A stretch of DNA of 64,000 nt from a plasmid, in the sequence record NZ_CP081674.1. One strand, 5' to 3'. The translations under genes and the position numbers were made by a program. The notes under the pieces are model-generated. The model was not told where the DNA came from, ran no database searches, and worked only from the letters and a program-made list of their open reading frames with translations. Every line of letters starts with the position of its first letter. Within the stretch, counting starts at the first letter, position 1. Positions 29,491-40,128 of the stretch are shown here, piece by piece.

Positions 29491-30060
29491 TTAGCGGGAA
29501 CACTCACGACTCGAACCGTTCCCGCCAAGGGAAAGTCCAGCCACATCACCTAATCGGGAACATCGATACACACCTGAACCCGACCCCAGATAAACCGTAT
29601 CGACAGCTGCCCCGTTACCCTCCTCGTCCCAGACGCTGAACTGCTTGTCAATGAGGTTCTCATCGGCTACATCGTCGATCCTGGGGTACAAGGGAAGTCC
29701 CCAGCGCTGCCACACGAATTTCTCGATGGCCTCGCGGACATTCTCGGTCAGGAGGTTGAGCTTCACGATGTGTCGCTCCGATGCTGTGTCGGCGACCAGG
29801 GCGCCTCGGCGAGGACCTTGCACCGAAATGTAGGAACCCGGTGCGAAATAGGCAGTTTCGGTGATGGTGTGGGAGTCTGATCGCGCGGTGGCCTGCAACT
29901 CGTCGCCGACTGGCCGCGTGAGGACAGCTTTGAGCCGCCCGTCGGGTAGGAATTCCACACGGGTGAAGCGTGCGCGGCTGCCGTCGGCGAAACACACTAG
30001 AGCGTCATCGAAAGTCGTTGGCTCCGTGGATGTATGACTGGAATCGACGTTGTCCGTCAA
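29491..30060 (-). CDS. hypothetical protein (3' end possibly altered by the adjacent rearrangement)
   Basis: The 189-aa ORF is downstream of eccA. It has an odd low-complexity C-terminus that ends at the duplication/IS junction. Confidence 0.35.
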   Translation of the reverse strand: MTDNVDSSHTSTEPTTFDDALVCFADGSRARFTRVEFLPDGRLKAVLTRPVGDELQATARSDSHTITETAYFAPGSYISVQGPRRGALVADTASERHIVKLNLLTENVREAIEKFVWQRWGLPLYPRIDDVADENLIDKQFSVWDEEGNGAAVDTVYLGSGSGVYRCSRLGDVAGLSLGGNGSSRECSR

Positions 30061-30088
30061 TGTTCCCCCTCTTAATTGGTGAGCACGA

Positions 30089-31933
30089 TCAAATGGCGTT
30101 CAAGGATGGCGGTAGGGCGATCTCGGCCGCGTCTACGACGGTGGAGACGGCGATGCGCATGTCATCGAGGGTGACGGTGCGGATCGCGTCGAGGTCGGCG
30201 GTGGCCAGGTCGATACTGCTGTCTTCGATGAGGCGGTGCTTCATTTTTCCCGTGGCTCTGTCCAGCACATTGCGCACGAACCGGCCGTTGTTGGCGATGT
30301 CGGCCAGTGTGAATCCTGCGGTGTCGGGGTCTCCGAAGCCCCCCTCAGATGCGGGAGTGGCGCACAGCCACGCCGCGATACGCGCGAAGTGCTCGCGGGC
30401 GTCCTCGGCGAGCGTCACTTTGGATGAACGTGCGAATACGTCGGCGATCTCCACAAGCTCTGTGGGACTGTAGGAGTCGAATTCCAGTCGGTGCGGGAAG
30501 CGGCCGCGCAGTCCAGGATTGGCGGACATCATGTACTTCATCGGCTGGGCGTAGCCGGCCAGGAAGATGATGGTGTCTCGTCGGTGGTCTTCGGCGAAGG
30601 TCATGATCGTGTCCAGTGCAATTCGGCCGAAGTCACGCTCGAGGTCCTCTTTGAACAGGGTGGGTGCCTCGTCGATGAACAGTGCTCGGCCGAGTGCCTC
30701 GTTGAGAACCTTGGAGGTCTTTTCTTCGGTGGCGCCGATGTGTGCCCCGACCAGATCTTGACGTTTCACCTCGATGAACCCGGGGTCGTCGAGGATTCCC
30801 AGCCCGAAGTACATCCGGCACATGATGCGCGCGATGGATGTCTTGGCGGTCCCGGGCGGGCCGGTCAGGACCGTATGCAGCGATCCCTGGCTGTCGCTGG
30901 TGTCGATGCCGCGCTGGGCGAGAATCTGGTCGTAGCGCTGTATGTTTCGCAGTTCGAGCACGTGGGCTTTGACGTTGCGCAACCCGACGAGGTTCATCAG
31001 ATCGGCCTCAGCCTCAGCCAGGATGGTTTCAGCGGCCTGCTGTTGTTGTTTGCGTTTCAGGTCCGCTTGGCTGGGGCCGGAGTCCGGATTCCAACGATCC
31101 ACGCGCGCGGCAATTGCCTCGGCGGTGGTGACGATGGGTCCGTAGGTTTGGTCACGCAGTGCTTGCTGTGCACCCGGCAGGAGCTGGCCGTCCACGCGGG
31201 CAGACTGGAGATGGGTTCGTGCGGCGGGTTCGTCGTTGAGGCTGCGGTGGCACAATCCCTGGTAGAAGTGGGCGTCAGCGATGATGGCAGGCACGCTGGG
31301 GTCGGCACCGCCGTCGGTCAGTGGCGCCAGCAGGGCCAGTGCCGATTCAAATTGGCCGAGGCTTGTGTGTGCGATGCCGGCGAGCAGCGCAATGGCGTCA
31401 TCGAGGACGCTGGGTCGCTCGTTGTGGGTCCGTGAACTCCAGGCCACTACATCGGTCCACCGGCGGGTGACGAAATGCAGTGTGGTGCCTACAAAGGTGT
31501 GCACCACTGTCTGGCGGGGTTCAACTGATAGGTCGATGTCGTCGAGTGTCTTCTCAGCGGAGTCGTATTCACCAGCGGAGATCAACGCCACGGCGTGGGC
31601 CAATGCCAGCCCGACCGGCGTCGTCGGATACAAGTCGAGGTAGCCAGCGGGTGCGGGCACCACCGGGCACAGCGCCCTGTCGTCCAGCCCAATCCGCCTG
31701 GTCTCGCGGTGCAGCGTGGAGCTGGTGTGCAGCGCCGTGCGCAGCGTTGAGACTGACACGTCGCCTGCCGCAGCGCGTCCCACCCATGCGTCGCACATGC
31801 CCGGATCGGCTTCGGTAGCGCGCTCGAACGCGCGCAACGCTGTCGCGGGATCAGGCTGTCCGCCGTCCCCTAGCAGGCCCAGAGCTGCGATTCCCTGATC
31901 CAGGTAATCGCGGGCGTATTCCGATGCGTTCAC
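30089..31933 (-). CDS. eccA: ESX type VII secretion AAA+ ATPase EccA
   Basis: It has an N-terminal TPR-like domain and a C-terminal CbxX-type AAA+ domain. The Walker A motif is LTGPPGTAKTSIARIM and the Walker B motif is LFIDEA. Confidence 0.8.
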   Translation of the reverse strand: MNASEYARDYLDQGIAALGLLGDGGQPDPATALRAFERATEADPGMCDAWVGRAAAGDVSVSTLRTALHTSSTLHRETRRIGLDDRALCPVVPAPAGYLDLYPTTPVGLALAHAVALISAGEYDSAEKTLDDIDLSVEPRQTVVHTFVGTTLHFVTRRWTDVVAWSSRTHNERPSVLDDAIALLAGIAHTSLGQFESALALLAPLTDGGADPSVPAIIADAHFYQGLCHRSLNDEPAARTHLQSARVDGQLLPGAQQALRDQTYGPIVTTAEAIAARVDRWNPDSGPSQADLKRKQQQQAAETILAEAEADLMNLVGLRNVKAHVLELRNIQRYDQILAQRGIDTSDSQGSLHTVLTGPPGTAKTSIARIMCRMYFGLGILDDPGFIEVKRQDLVGAHIGATEEKTSKVLNEALGRALFIDEAPTLFKEDLERDFGRIALDTIMTFAEDHRRDTIIFLAGYAQPMKYMMSANPGLRGRFPHRLEFDSYSPTELVEIADVFARSSKVTLAEDAREHFARIAAWLCATPASEGGFGDPDTAGFTLADIANNGRFVRNVLDRATGKMKHRLIEDSSIDLATADLDAIRTVTLDDMRIAVSTVVDAAEIALPPSLNAI

Positions 31934-34104
31934 TTCTGGTCACCTTTGCGCTTCGCTGGAGTGTTGGTGCCTGGTGGCCGGCGCAGCGTCCCCAATTCTA
32001 GGGCCGCTCCGTTAGCGCTGGACTCGTCAGTTCGGTGCCGCTCGATCGGCGGGGCTTCGACGCCGGTGGGTACAACGTCGCGGGCACCGGACCGATCCCC
32101 GTCATGTCGCGAACGTCGCGCCGCTGACTGCCGCGATCCGAAGGTCTCGTGCTCACCCGCGGGCTGCGAGGTGCCTTCGGTTGGGTGATGGCGGTCGGGA
32201 TCGCGCCGGTCGGGTCCCGAGGATGCCTGCGGACGTTCGGGCGCCGGACCTGACGACGACGCCGGTTTGCGTTCCTGCTTGTTCTCTTTGTGCTTGCGGA
32301 CCGCATGCACCGTCGCGCCGACAGCGGCTGCTGGAAGTGCCACCTCCGGGGCTAGGACCTTGGTAGCCGTACCGGCCGCGGCCCGCGTGCCTGTTGCGGC
32401 GGCGGCGGACTCCGCTGCGCCGGCCCCGCTCGCAGCTCCCTGGACTGCTGTGCGGGGAAGTAACCGCTCGCTGACCCACTTTCTGCTCACCCGGGTGTTA
32501 GGCCGCGGCTTGAATGTGTCGAATCCTGGCGCTGAAGACGCGGATTCGCTGGCGGCTGCCTCGCTCGCGTCGCCGTCCTCGCCGCCTTGGCGGCCGAAGC
32601 GCTTGCGTGCCTTGCCGAACATTCCGCGTGCCTCGTCGACGCCGTCGCGAGCCTTGTTGTAGTGGTCCCGCGATCTGTCGGCTAGTCCACCGGCGGCGCC
32701 GCGAATGGTGTGGCCGATCGTGCCGATGCCGTCGGTATGGAACTGTTTTTCGATGAAGCGGAACAGCACGAGCGCTACGACGGCCGCCAGCATGACGATC
32801 AACATTCGCGGCATCACGCTGATGGTGCCCGTGCCCAGCGTAGTGGTGGTCAGCGCGAAGCCCAACCACACCATCACGATTCCGAGAAACGCGGTATAGA
32901 CGGCGAGCTCGACAGCGTGCAGGAGGAGCTGCCAGGCGCTGTGCTTGGCGTAGGCCATGGCTCGGTCTGCGAGTCCACTCATCCCGACCATGAACGCGGG
33001 CCCGACAACAGTGCCGAAGTAGGTGGCCTTCAACCCCACCAGGAAGTTGGTGATTGAGACGTACCAGAGGAATATCGACAGGCCCAGGCCGGCGCAGCAG
33101 AACAGGAGCGCTGGAACGAAGTCTCCCCCGCCCAGCTGCTGAGCATGTGCCAATGCCTGCGGGGCGCCGCATCCACCCTGGTTGATGCCGCGCATGGCCC
33201 ATGCTGGTCCAGGGCCAGCGCCGTTGGCTGACATCACCGCACGAGACCAGGCGTCGGCGCATCCTCCGATGTCGTCGATGACCATGCCAAAGTTGACGAC
33301 CTGCACGGGATGGCGGACTCCGGAGGTAATCAGTTCACCGATCAGGGCATTCTGTTGTGCGTCGAGGGATTGGCCTGGGGCATATGGGTGCCCACGGGTC
33401 GCTTGGGCGATCGCGAAACCGGTTTCGCGGCCCATCGCGAGAAGGCCGTGCTCGCTGTAGAGTTCGCCGATCGGGTCGGCGAACACAGTGAGCAGCAGGA
33501 CGGTGAACAGGGCGCCGGTGCCGATCAAGGCCCAACCCCGGCCTGCTCGTCCCCGCAGAATGTGAAGGCCGCCGATCACCACGCACAATGTCACCGTGAT
33601 GGGTCCCAGGTAGAGCTGATTGGCCACGGTGGTAACGGCGTTGTAGACGGGCCGTGCGATAGAGGCGATCAGCACCAGCCACTTGGTGGACAGTGCAAAA
33701 CGCAGCAGCCACAAGCTGGTTCCCACCATGAAGATGTAGATGCCGACAGTGCTGGTGATCCACCACGCCGCGGTGGAGTGGGTCAGCCCGGTTTGGAGGA
33801 CCTCGGCAGTCCACTTCATCCAGCTGACCGGATCCAGCAGTGAAATTTCCTGACCGTTATTGAGAGCGGCTTCGGGTGTGCTGACCATGGACACGAAGTA
33901 GGCGGCGATCGGCACGCCGTAGCTGTCTCGAATACCCGTCCAGCCCAGAGCTGCCGCCCCGGCTGAGGCGGTCGCAGCTGGAGCGTTGACGACCGACCAC
34001 AGCGCCAGGGTGTGCACGATGGTGATGACGGTCGCGATGCGTCGGGCTTTGGGATTGCTGGCCCACCAGTAGGCCAGCCGATCGGTGCGGGGCGCCGTGG
34101 TCAT
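31930..34104 (-). CDS. polytopic membrane protein, VirB6/TcpH-like T4SS channel component (tentative)
   Basis: The 724-aa product has at least 10 hydrophobic segments and a long Pro/Ala/Gly-rich charged C-terminal tail. It makes ATGA overlaps with both flanking genes. Confidence 0.4.
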   Translation of the reverse strand: MTTAPRTDRLAYWWASNPKARRIATVITIVHTLALWSVVNAPAATASAGAAALGWTGIRDSYGVPIAAYFVSMVSTPEAALNNGQEISLLDPVSWMKWTAEVLQTGLTHSTAAWWITSTVGIYIFMVGTSLWLLRFALSTKWLVLIASIARPVYNAVTTVANQLYLGPITVTLCVVIGGLHILRGRAGRGWALIGTGALFTVLLLTVFADPIGELYSEHGLLAMGRETGFAIAQATRGHPYAPGQSLDAQQNALIGELITSGVRHPVQVVNFGMVIDDIGGCADAWSRAVMSANGAGPGPAWAMRGINQGGCGAPQALAHAQQLGGGDFVPALLFCCAGLGLSIFLWYVSITNFLVGLKATYFGTVVGPAFMVGMSGLADRAMAYAKHSAWQLLLHAVELAVYTAFLGIVMVWLGFALTTTTLGTGTISVMPRMLIVMLAAVVALVLFRFIEKQFHTDGIGTIGHTIRGAAGGLADRSRDHYNKARDGVDEARGMFGKARKRFGRQGGEDGDASEAAASESASSAPGFDTFKPRPNTRVSRKWVSERLLPRTAVQGAASGAGAAESAAAATGTRAAAGTATKVLAPEVALPAAAVGATVHAVRKHKENKQERKPASSSGPAPERPQASSGPDRRDPDRHHPTEGTSQPAGEHETFGSRQSAARRSRHDGDRSGARDVVPTGVEAPPIERHRTDESSANGAALELGTLRRPPGTNTPAKRKGDQK

Positions 34105-36668
34105 GCTGCCGCCTCATCGTTGTCAACGTCCACAAGAGGTGTGCTGTCGAAGTCGGCGGCCAGTTCGGCAAGGGGTGCGCCGAAGAATTTCGCGCGGGCG
34201 AACCGGCGGAACTCGTCGACGATGAACCCTTCTCCGCGGCGGTGAGGGTCGACGTAGCCGATCTCGTCGTCGTCACCGGTCAGACTGGTGTTTGCCGGGC
34301 TGGTGTCCTCGGTGTAGGACTGCAGCACATCCGGGTACTGGGTGGGGTCGATACCGGCCCATGCCAGCGTCTGCTCGGCCAGGTCGGGATCAGTGAGGCG
34401 AAACAGCCATTTCTGGGTGATGAACTTGTCGCCCATGCGTGCCAGATGGCGGAAGTCCTGAGTGATCAGGGTAATGCCGGTCGCATGCTTGCGGCCTTGC
34501 GTTGTGATGCGTTGTGCGGCACGGGCGCCGGGTGGGTAGGCGAGCAGTTCGGCGCACTCTTCGAAAATCATGCTGCCGTACACGTCGCGTCGCTGGAAGA
34601 GTTGGTGTTGTTCGAGGTCGACGATGAGGCCGTACATCGCCATGCCGGCGACCTGTCGGGTGGTCAGGTCTAACCCTGCCCCGCCCTTCATGGCCGATTG
34701 AATCTCGTCGGCGTTCGGCAGCGCGAGGTTGCGGGTGAGCCAGATCGTCACCTGAGAGTCGCCAGTCAAATACGGCTGGCGTGTCGGATCAAATAGCGCC
34801 TGGGTGTAGTACGAGGAGGCTGCGGCTTCCAGCAGGATCAGTAATTCGTTGTCATGCGGATTGGGTTGTCTGCGTAGGTATTCGATGAGGTCGCGCATGC
34901 GTCGGATGCCGTTGGCTTCCCGGTTGTCTGGGCGCAGGGCCACCTCGAACTCGGCGCGCAGCCGACTGCGAGCGTCGACTCCGATCATGGGCAGAACATG
35001 ATCGGCGGCTCGTGACCCTGCCTCTTCATAGGGGAAGATGATCAGCGGGTCGAGCGACATGTCCGATTTGGTTGGATCAATCACGCGGACGACATCGTCG
35101 CCAGCGCCGCGAAACGCTTTGGCCCATTCCCCGTGTACCCCAGGGTCGAAGATGCGCAGCTGTGCCCGTCGGATCATCAGCTCGAAGGCAGATAGCTTGG
35201 TTCGATTGGACTTTCCGGATCCGGGCTCCCCCACGACGCCGAGCCCGGTGTTGTGATCCCTGCGCGCGCATCCCTCCGGATCGTGCAGGATGATGCTCTG
35301 GCGGGATGTGTTCTGGTTCAGTGCGAGTGGACTTCCGGTCGAGTTACCGCAGGCATCGCTGACAAATGGCAGAAACCTCGACCAGCGGTGCGCGGTTGTG
35401 GGATTGCGGAACTGGTCGATCGGGCTGGAGATTTCGCTGCCGGGGTTGAACGATTTCCACAGAACACGGTGCGAACCGCGCCGCCGGCTAAAGGCGATCG
35501 ACACCGAGTCGAGCTCTTGGCGAAGCTGCTTGACCGCATCCTCGACGACATCGAGCGATTCAGCACCGATCGCGATGATCGTTGAGCTGTCAACTTCACG
35601 CTCAGTCGGATTGCCGTTGAGCTCACCCGAATAATCCATCGTGCTGTCGAGCTTTTCTTTGAGTTTCTCGTCATCGGCCTCGTCGCGTCGTGCCGCACGC
35701 TGACGTCGCTGATCGCGAATGTTCTTGGCGTTGCGCCGGTTAGCGGTAAGCGCTTGATCGGGCTTGGCCACATTGACGTGCTGTAGCCAGTCGATGACAG
35801 CAGGCGTCTCGACGTTGTCAAGAGCCCGAAGATAGGCTGCACGAGGAAACCGCAGGCCGTACCTGGGGAACGATTCGACAGACAGCAGCGCCTGATAGCT
35901 GACCGGTCCGATCAAATTCTGGTTCTCGTCGAGCTCCTGCACCCGCAGGACCGACCGGCGACTGGGCCACCAGCGCCGCAACCGTTCTCGGCTTGCGCTC
36001 TCATCGAAATCCCAACGGCCAAACATGAAGCCGGCCAACTCATCCGGGCCCGATCTGGCATCCGGCAGTGGCTCTGTAAACACACCGCGCAGTGTGTTGT
36101 GACGGTGATGCCACAGAATCTGGGACGGGGTAGCCGCGGTGAAGTGGAACTCGTCAGGCAGCGCCGAGACGATCTCGCTAGCCAGCGCCGCGTAGCCGTG
36201 AACCGACTCCTCAGAGTCCGGGTCACGGCCAATGAGCCAGGTGGCGAGCTTTTGGACCTTGCCGACGGCGGTACGGCCAAGCCGGCCCGCGTCGACCGGC
36301 ATGGTCATCCAGAACAAGCGATCCTGCGGCCCGATCCCCTCGCCCGTCTGTAGAGGATCAGCGACGATCGGTGTCCATGCTTCGCGCGAATACACCGCCC
36401 ACGACGACTGCTCGCCATGACGTCCAACAACCTTGTCGAGGATCGCTGCCTGGTCGGCGTCAGCGACCAATCCATACAGCAGGCTGCCCGAGGCCAGGTT
36501 ACGGCCCAAATTGCGGTGCGAGGTCGCTGCGCGCTCGAAGCTCGGCATCGGACGCAGCGTCGTGGCCAACCCGTGCACGAGGTAGTCGGCGTATACACCC
36601 GAGTTCGTGAACCGCAGGTTGCCGACAACCCTCGTCGGTGGATCCAGGGTGGGATCAACGCGAACCAC
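34101..36668 (-). CDS. VirB4/TcpF-like type IV secretion ATPase
   Basis: The 855-aa product has a Walker A motif GVVGEPGSGKSN in the C-terminal half. Its size and position fit a conjugative T4SS ATPase. Confidence 0.5.
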   Translation of the reverse strand: MVRVDPTLDPPTRVVGNLRFTNSGVYADYLVHGLATTLRPMPSFERAATSHRNLGRNLASGSLLYGLVADADQAAILDKVVGRHGEQSSWAVYSREAWTPIVADPLQTGEGIGPQDRLFWMTMPVDAGRLGRTAVGKVQKLATWLIGRDPDSEESVHGYAALASEIVSALPDEFHFTAATPSQILWHHRHNTLRGVFTEPLPDARSGPDELAGFMFGRWDFDESASRERLRRWWPSRRSVLRVQELDENQNLIGPVSYQALLSVESFPRYGLRFPRAAYLRALDNVETPAVIDWLQHVNVAKPDQALTANRRNAKNIRDQRRQRAARRDEADDEKLKEKLDSTMDYSGELNGNPTEREVDSSTIIAIGAESLDVVEDAVKQLRQELDSVSIAFSRRRGSHRVLWKSFNPGSEISSPIDQFRNPTTAHRWSRFLPFVSDACGNSTGSPLALNQNTSRQSIILHDPEGCARRDHNTGLGVVGEPGSGKSNRTKLSAFELMIRRAQLRIFDPGVHGEWAKAFRGAGDDVVRVIDPTKSDMSLDPLIIFPYEEAGSRAADHVLPMIGVDARSRLRAEFEVALRPDNREANGIRRMRDLIEYLRRQPNPHDNELLILLEAAASSYYTQALFDPTRQPYLTGDSQVTIWLTRNLALPNADEIQSAMKGGAGLDLTTRQVAGMAMYGLIVDLEQHQLFQRRDVYGSMIFEECAELLAYPPGARAAQRITTQGRKHATGITLITQDFRHLARMGDKFITQKWLFRLTDPDLAEQTLAWAGIDPTQYPDVLQSYTEDTSPANTSLTGDDDEIGYVDPHRRGEGFIVDEFRRFARAKFFGAPLAELAADFDSTPLVDVDNDEAAA

Positions 36669-37092
36669 TGTGTCTCCTCGTTGATGGACTCGGACGTACT
36701 GACCGGCCTCTCGGTGACCGTTTCGAGGCCTCCCGCGTGCGCACCGACGTCGCTACCGGCCGACACAGCACCGCATTGACGAAGAACTGTGTGCGGGTCA
36801 GCAAATCGGGACGCGCCTTGGGCAGAAGAAACCGCAAGGTGACTACTAAGAGAAACGTGCTCAGTGAAGTGATACCGAGAACCATCAACAGATGGGGCGA
36901 CTGCTGGTTGTGACGTACCCACAACAGCGTTGGCGTCATGATGATGGCGATGACGGCAAGCTCAGGCCAGCGGTACGGACCGCCCGGGAGCTGGTTGCCT
37001 TGCGAGGACTCCCCCGCCCAGATGGGAACGTCTCGGATACCGGTGTAGATGCGTGCGTTGTCGCCCGAACTCGGGGCTGTTGGCTTGGTCAT
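36655..37092 (-). CDS. membrane protein (TcpD/E-like, tentative)
   Basis: The 145-aa product has 2 hydrophobic helices. It lies within the T4SS operon. Confidence 0.35.
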   Translation of the reverse strand: MTKPTAPSSGDNARIYTGIRDVPIWAGESSQGNQLPGGPYRWPELAVIAIIMTPTLLWVRHNQQSPHLLMVLGITSLSTFLLVVTLRFLLPKARPDLLTRTQFFVNAVLCRPVATSVRTREASKRSPRGRSVRPSPSTRRHSGSR

Positions 37093-37367
37093 TATCCGGC
37101 GTAGATGCTGGGAGTGTAGCCAGTCCGGTCACGGACCTCCTGCACACCCATGTCGCGGAATGCGACTGCGTTGTAGATCAATACCGAGAACAGGATCCCG
37201 CCGAAGAACGTGGCGATACCGGCGCCGATACCGACCTTCCATGAGGTTCTGAGCCCGATAATGATGCCCAGGGCCATGGCCCCGAGCCCGCCCAGAATCA
37301 CCACGTAGCTGAACATCTCTTGGCCGAGTCCTATGATCCCGCCTGCGGCCTGAACGTTGGCGTCCAT
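37092..37367 (-). CDS. small hydrophobic protein (possible VirB2-like pilin / TcpE-like)
   Basis: The 91-aa product has two Gly-rich TM helices. Confidence 0.35.
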   Translation of the reverse strand: MDANVQAAGGIIGLGQEMFSYVVILGGLGAMALGIIIGLRTSWKVGIGAGIATFFGGILFSVLIYNAVAFRDMGVQEVRDRTGYTPSIYAG

Positions 37368-37372
37368 CGTGA

Positions 37373-37555
37373 CTAATCTCCTTTTTCTTTTGCTGATCTG
37401 GGTTGCGACGTTTCTGGGATGACGACCCGTTGGCCGAGGAATGCGACGAGGACCAGCTGCGCGCAGACCATGGCCACCAGTAGCGATCGATCCAAATTTG
37501 GCCGTGCTTCAACTGCCCGGAGCGTCTCGCCGGCCACCGACCCGATCATGTTCAT
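37373..37555 (-). CDS. small membrane protein (tentative)
   Basis: It reads MNMIGSVAGE...LLVAMVCAQLVLVAFLG, about 60 aa with one TM. The gene call is weak. Confidence 0.2.
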   Translation of the reverse strand: MNMIGSVAGETLRAVEARPNLDRSLLVAMVCAQLVLVAFLGQRVVIPETSQPRSAKEKGD

Positions 37556-37571
37556 GGGGTGCAGGCCTCCT

Positions 37572-38555
37572 CTACTTGCCGGTGCCGTTGGCGCTGGGCG
37601 TCGGTGGCTCGGGGTCGGACTCGGCCAGCGCAGGGACCGCATCCAGTGCCGCGACAAACCAGCTCCCGCCGGTCGCGCGAATGGTGAGCGGATAGGACAG
37701 GTCATAGGGGGTGTAATCGGCGGACCGCGCCGACACAGTCACCCGCACAGACAATGTGGTGTTATCCGGTGCATCGTCTGGCGGATTGGTGATCGCCTGC
37801 ACGCCGGTAACAGTGGCGCTGGCGTAAGGATTCTTGACAGGTCTCAGGCGGGAGTCGGTTGTGATGTAGCGATCGAGACTTCCGGTGGGCCGGCATGGCA
37901 CCTGCGTCCCTTCGCCGGTTCCACCGACGCAGGGATTATTCGATAGATAGGCGCCGATGAATCCGGCCAGCATCACAGCTAGCGGATGTGTGGAGGGAAT
38001 GTTGACCGGATAGCCCAATTCGACATCGACTCCGGCGGGAGGCTCGTCAACGTAGGCCAGATTGTCCAGGGCGCGTACGGCATCCCCGCCATACACTCCG
38101 ACGGGGATCTGGTAATACAGCCGGACCGGTGAGGCGCTCGGATATGCCTGAGTCGTCACCCCGACCAACACGCCGTAAGTCCGCAGATTAGCGCGATCGG
38201 GCCCGTGACGCCGAGCGTATGCCGACGGATTGCTGACCATCATGGATGGTGTTGAGGGCACCGTCAGTTTGGCTGCGTTGGGAAAGCACCGCGACAAGTC
38301 GGTACCTTGGGCGCTAGCAGCGGTGAGATACGTTGTCACGCAGTCAATCGCGAACGATTTCACCAAGTCCGAGGAATTGATCGTCTTATCAGCAATCTCG
38401 GCGATCGGCGGTGGCGGATCAGGAAGCACCCAGCCCAGTACGGTGTTGGCCCCGCTAATTGACGACGTCACTATCAGAACGCCCAGAATGATGCGGCCTG
38501 CGCCGCGCGTGCCGACGTTCAGCCGCCGCTTCCAGACCTTGTTGAGTTTCGGCAT
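37572..38555 (-). CDS. TcpC-like conjugal transfer protein (N-terminal TM plus NTF2-like repeats)
   Basis: The 327-aa product has the N-terminal membrane anchor GRIILGVLIVTSSISG. Its size and context match TcpC of Gram-positive T4SS. Confidence 0.4.
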   Translation of the reverse strand: MPKLNKVWKRRLNVGTRGAGRIILGVLIVTSSISGANTVLGWVLPDPPPPIAEIADKTINSSDLVKSFAIDCVTTYLTAASAQGTDLSRCFPNAAKLTVPSTPSMMVSNPSAYARRHGPDRANLRTYGVLVGVTTQAYPSASPVRLYYQIPVGVYGGDAVRALDNLAYVDEPPAGVDVELGYPVNIPSTHPLAVMLAGFIGAYLSNNPCVGGTGEGTQVPCRPTGSLDRYITTDSRLRPVKNPYASATVTGVQAITNPPDDAPDNTTLSVRVTVSARSADYTPYDLSYPLTIRATGGSWFVAALDAVPALAESDPEPPTPSANGTGK

Positions 38556-38561
38556 GGCAGT

Positions 38562-39620
38562 TCACTTCACCTCGTGCCCAATGATTTTGATGCTGCTGAT
38601 GGCGAACTTGCCGTCGCTGGGATGTGGTCGGTCGTCTCCGTTTCCAAACACAGGATCGGTCGTAGCGGGCAGCCCCGGGCCACCGAAAATCGGCGCGAAT
38701 ATGTCGTTGCCCGGTCCAGCGGCGGCTGGTGTGGTTGGCGGTGCCACCAGCGGAGGACGGTTCGTCTCTTGGATCAGGACGGTCACCACCGACGCCAGCG
38801 GACGCGGTACCGGCATTACCGCCTCACCGTGTGCGTTGCCGGTGTCTTGCGGCTTGAGTGTGTTGGCAGTGTCGTTGAACAGCCATTGCAGACGCTTGAC
38901 CACCCGGTACTGCGGCCAAGGGTCAGCCTGGTCAGGAGCATTGGATTTGCTCACCGCACCCGGAACGATCGAGACTGCCGTGATCACCGCAGGCCGATCC
39001 AAGGTCAGCGTCAGCATCTCACCAGGCACCGCACTGGCGCACACCCAGGGAGCGTTCGAATGCGGATCGGCAAGCAGCTGCGCCGACGTGGAGCCCGGCA
39101 GCTTGTCACACGGCGACGTAGCGGTGAACCGCAACGGGCCATCGACAGCGGCGGGAGCCGCCGACGGCGGTGGTGGCGGCGCGGCCGGCTTAGCGACTGC
39201 GCTGGGCGGCGCCGGTGGTGGCGGAGGGTCCTCGCGAGAGAACACCGAGCTGGCCACCAGGGTCACAATCGTGGCGACGACCGCGGCCGCACCGAAACCT
39301 CCGGCCACCCAGGGATTGAACCGGCGGCCCTCGGAGCCTGATTCGTCCTCATCGGCCTCGGGGTCTGCGTCGGCGCGCTCGACCTCGATGCCACTGTGAT
39401 CTGATTCGACATCTCGCCCAGCCGCCTCAACCGACTCGTCTGGCCCCTCGATCAACTGCTGGTCATCGTCATCACCGGACCATTCGTCACCAGCGACGCC
39501 GTCGTACTCGCCGTCATCCAGGTCGGCGAAGTCGTGGTCGGCCTCGGTGGGCTGGCCCATGCTTTCGCGAATCTTGGTGATCCACGCCGCCTCCGCGCGA
39601 GGCAATTCAGATTGGCTCAC
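38562..39620 (-). CDS. membrane-anchored protein with acidic N-terminus and Pro-rich linker
   Basis: The 352-aa product has one TM (FGAAAVVATIVTLVASSVF), a PPPPAPPSAVAKPAAPPPPP linker and a C-terminal globular domain. Confidence 0.4.
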   Translation of the reverse strand: MSQSELPRAEAAWITKIRESMGQPTEADHDFADLDDGEYDGVAGDEWSGDDDDQQLIEGPDESVEAAGRDVESDHSGIEVERADADPEADEDESGSEGRRFNPWVAGGFGAAAVVATIVTLVASSVFSREDPPPPPAPPSAVAKPAAPPPPPSAAPAAVDGPLRFTATSPCDKLPGSTSAQLLADPHSNAPWVCASAVPGEMLTLTLDRPAVITAVSIVPGAVSKSNAPDQADPWPQYRVVKRLQWLFNDTANTLKPQDTGNAHGEAVMPVPRPLASVVTVLIQETNRPPLVAPPTTPAAAGPGNDIFAPIFGGPGLPATTDPVFGNGDDRPHPSDGKFAISSIKIIGHEVK

Positions 39621-40057
39621 CGACGCACCTGCCCATGGTGTGCGAGCACCATGCGGTCCTCGTTGGAGAAAATCTCAGTGGCGGGCTTGCCCCACGCCAG
39701 TGATCCAGCCGACGTCAGGGAGCGAAGACCCCGTTCATCGCCGATCACAAGCGGCACCTCAACGGAGGCCGACTGCGCAGGCCGCGACGCGACCACGGCT
39801 GCCGACGGTGTCGGAAACAGATGAGAGGGCGCAACTGACTGCTCGGTACGCGCCGTCGCACGATGCCATCGCCACCAGCGCAAAGCCACGATCACAACGG
39901 CTGCCGCTACCAGGACCGGCCAAAACCGCAGCACGAGATCCACCACGACGAGCACCGCGACGGCGGCCATTGCGCAACCCATCGCCACCAGTGACAACAG
40001 CATCTTCATCGTCGACTCCTCGCTCCCCACTCCTCGGATAGTCAGCTTTGCACGCAA
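39617..40057 (-). CDS. membrane protein, first gene of the T4SS-like operon
   Basis: The 146-aa product has 2 TM helices. It makes an ATGA overlap with the next gene. Confidence 0.4.
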   Translation of the reverse strand: MRAKLTIRGVGSEESTMKMLLSLVAMGCAMAAVAVLVVVDLVLRFWPVLVAAAVVIVALRWWRWHRATARTEQSVAPSHLFPTPSAAVVASRPAQSASVEVPLVIGDERGLRSLTSAGSLAWGKPATEIFSNEDRMVLAHHGQVRR

Positions 40058-40128
40058 CCGTAGTCAGCTGTAGTCGATTATGTCGACAACTGTGGACGAC
40101 TTTGGTTGATTATGGTTAGTTTTGGGCG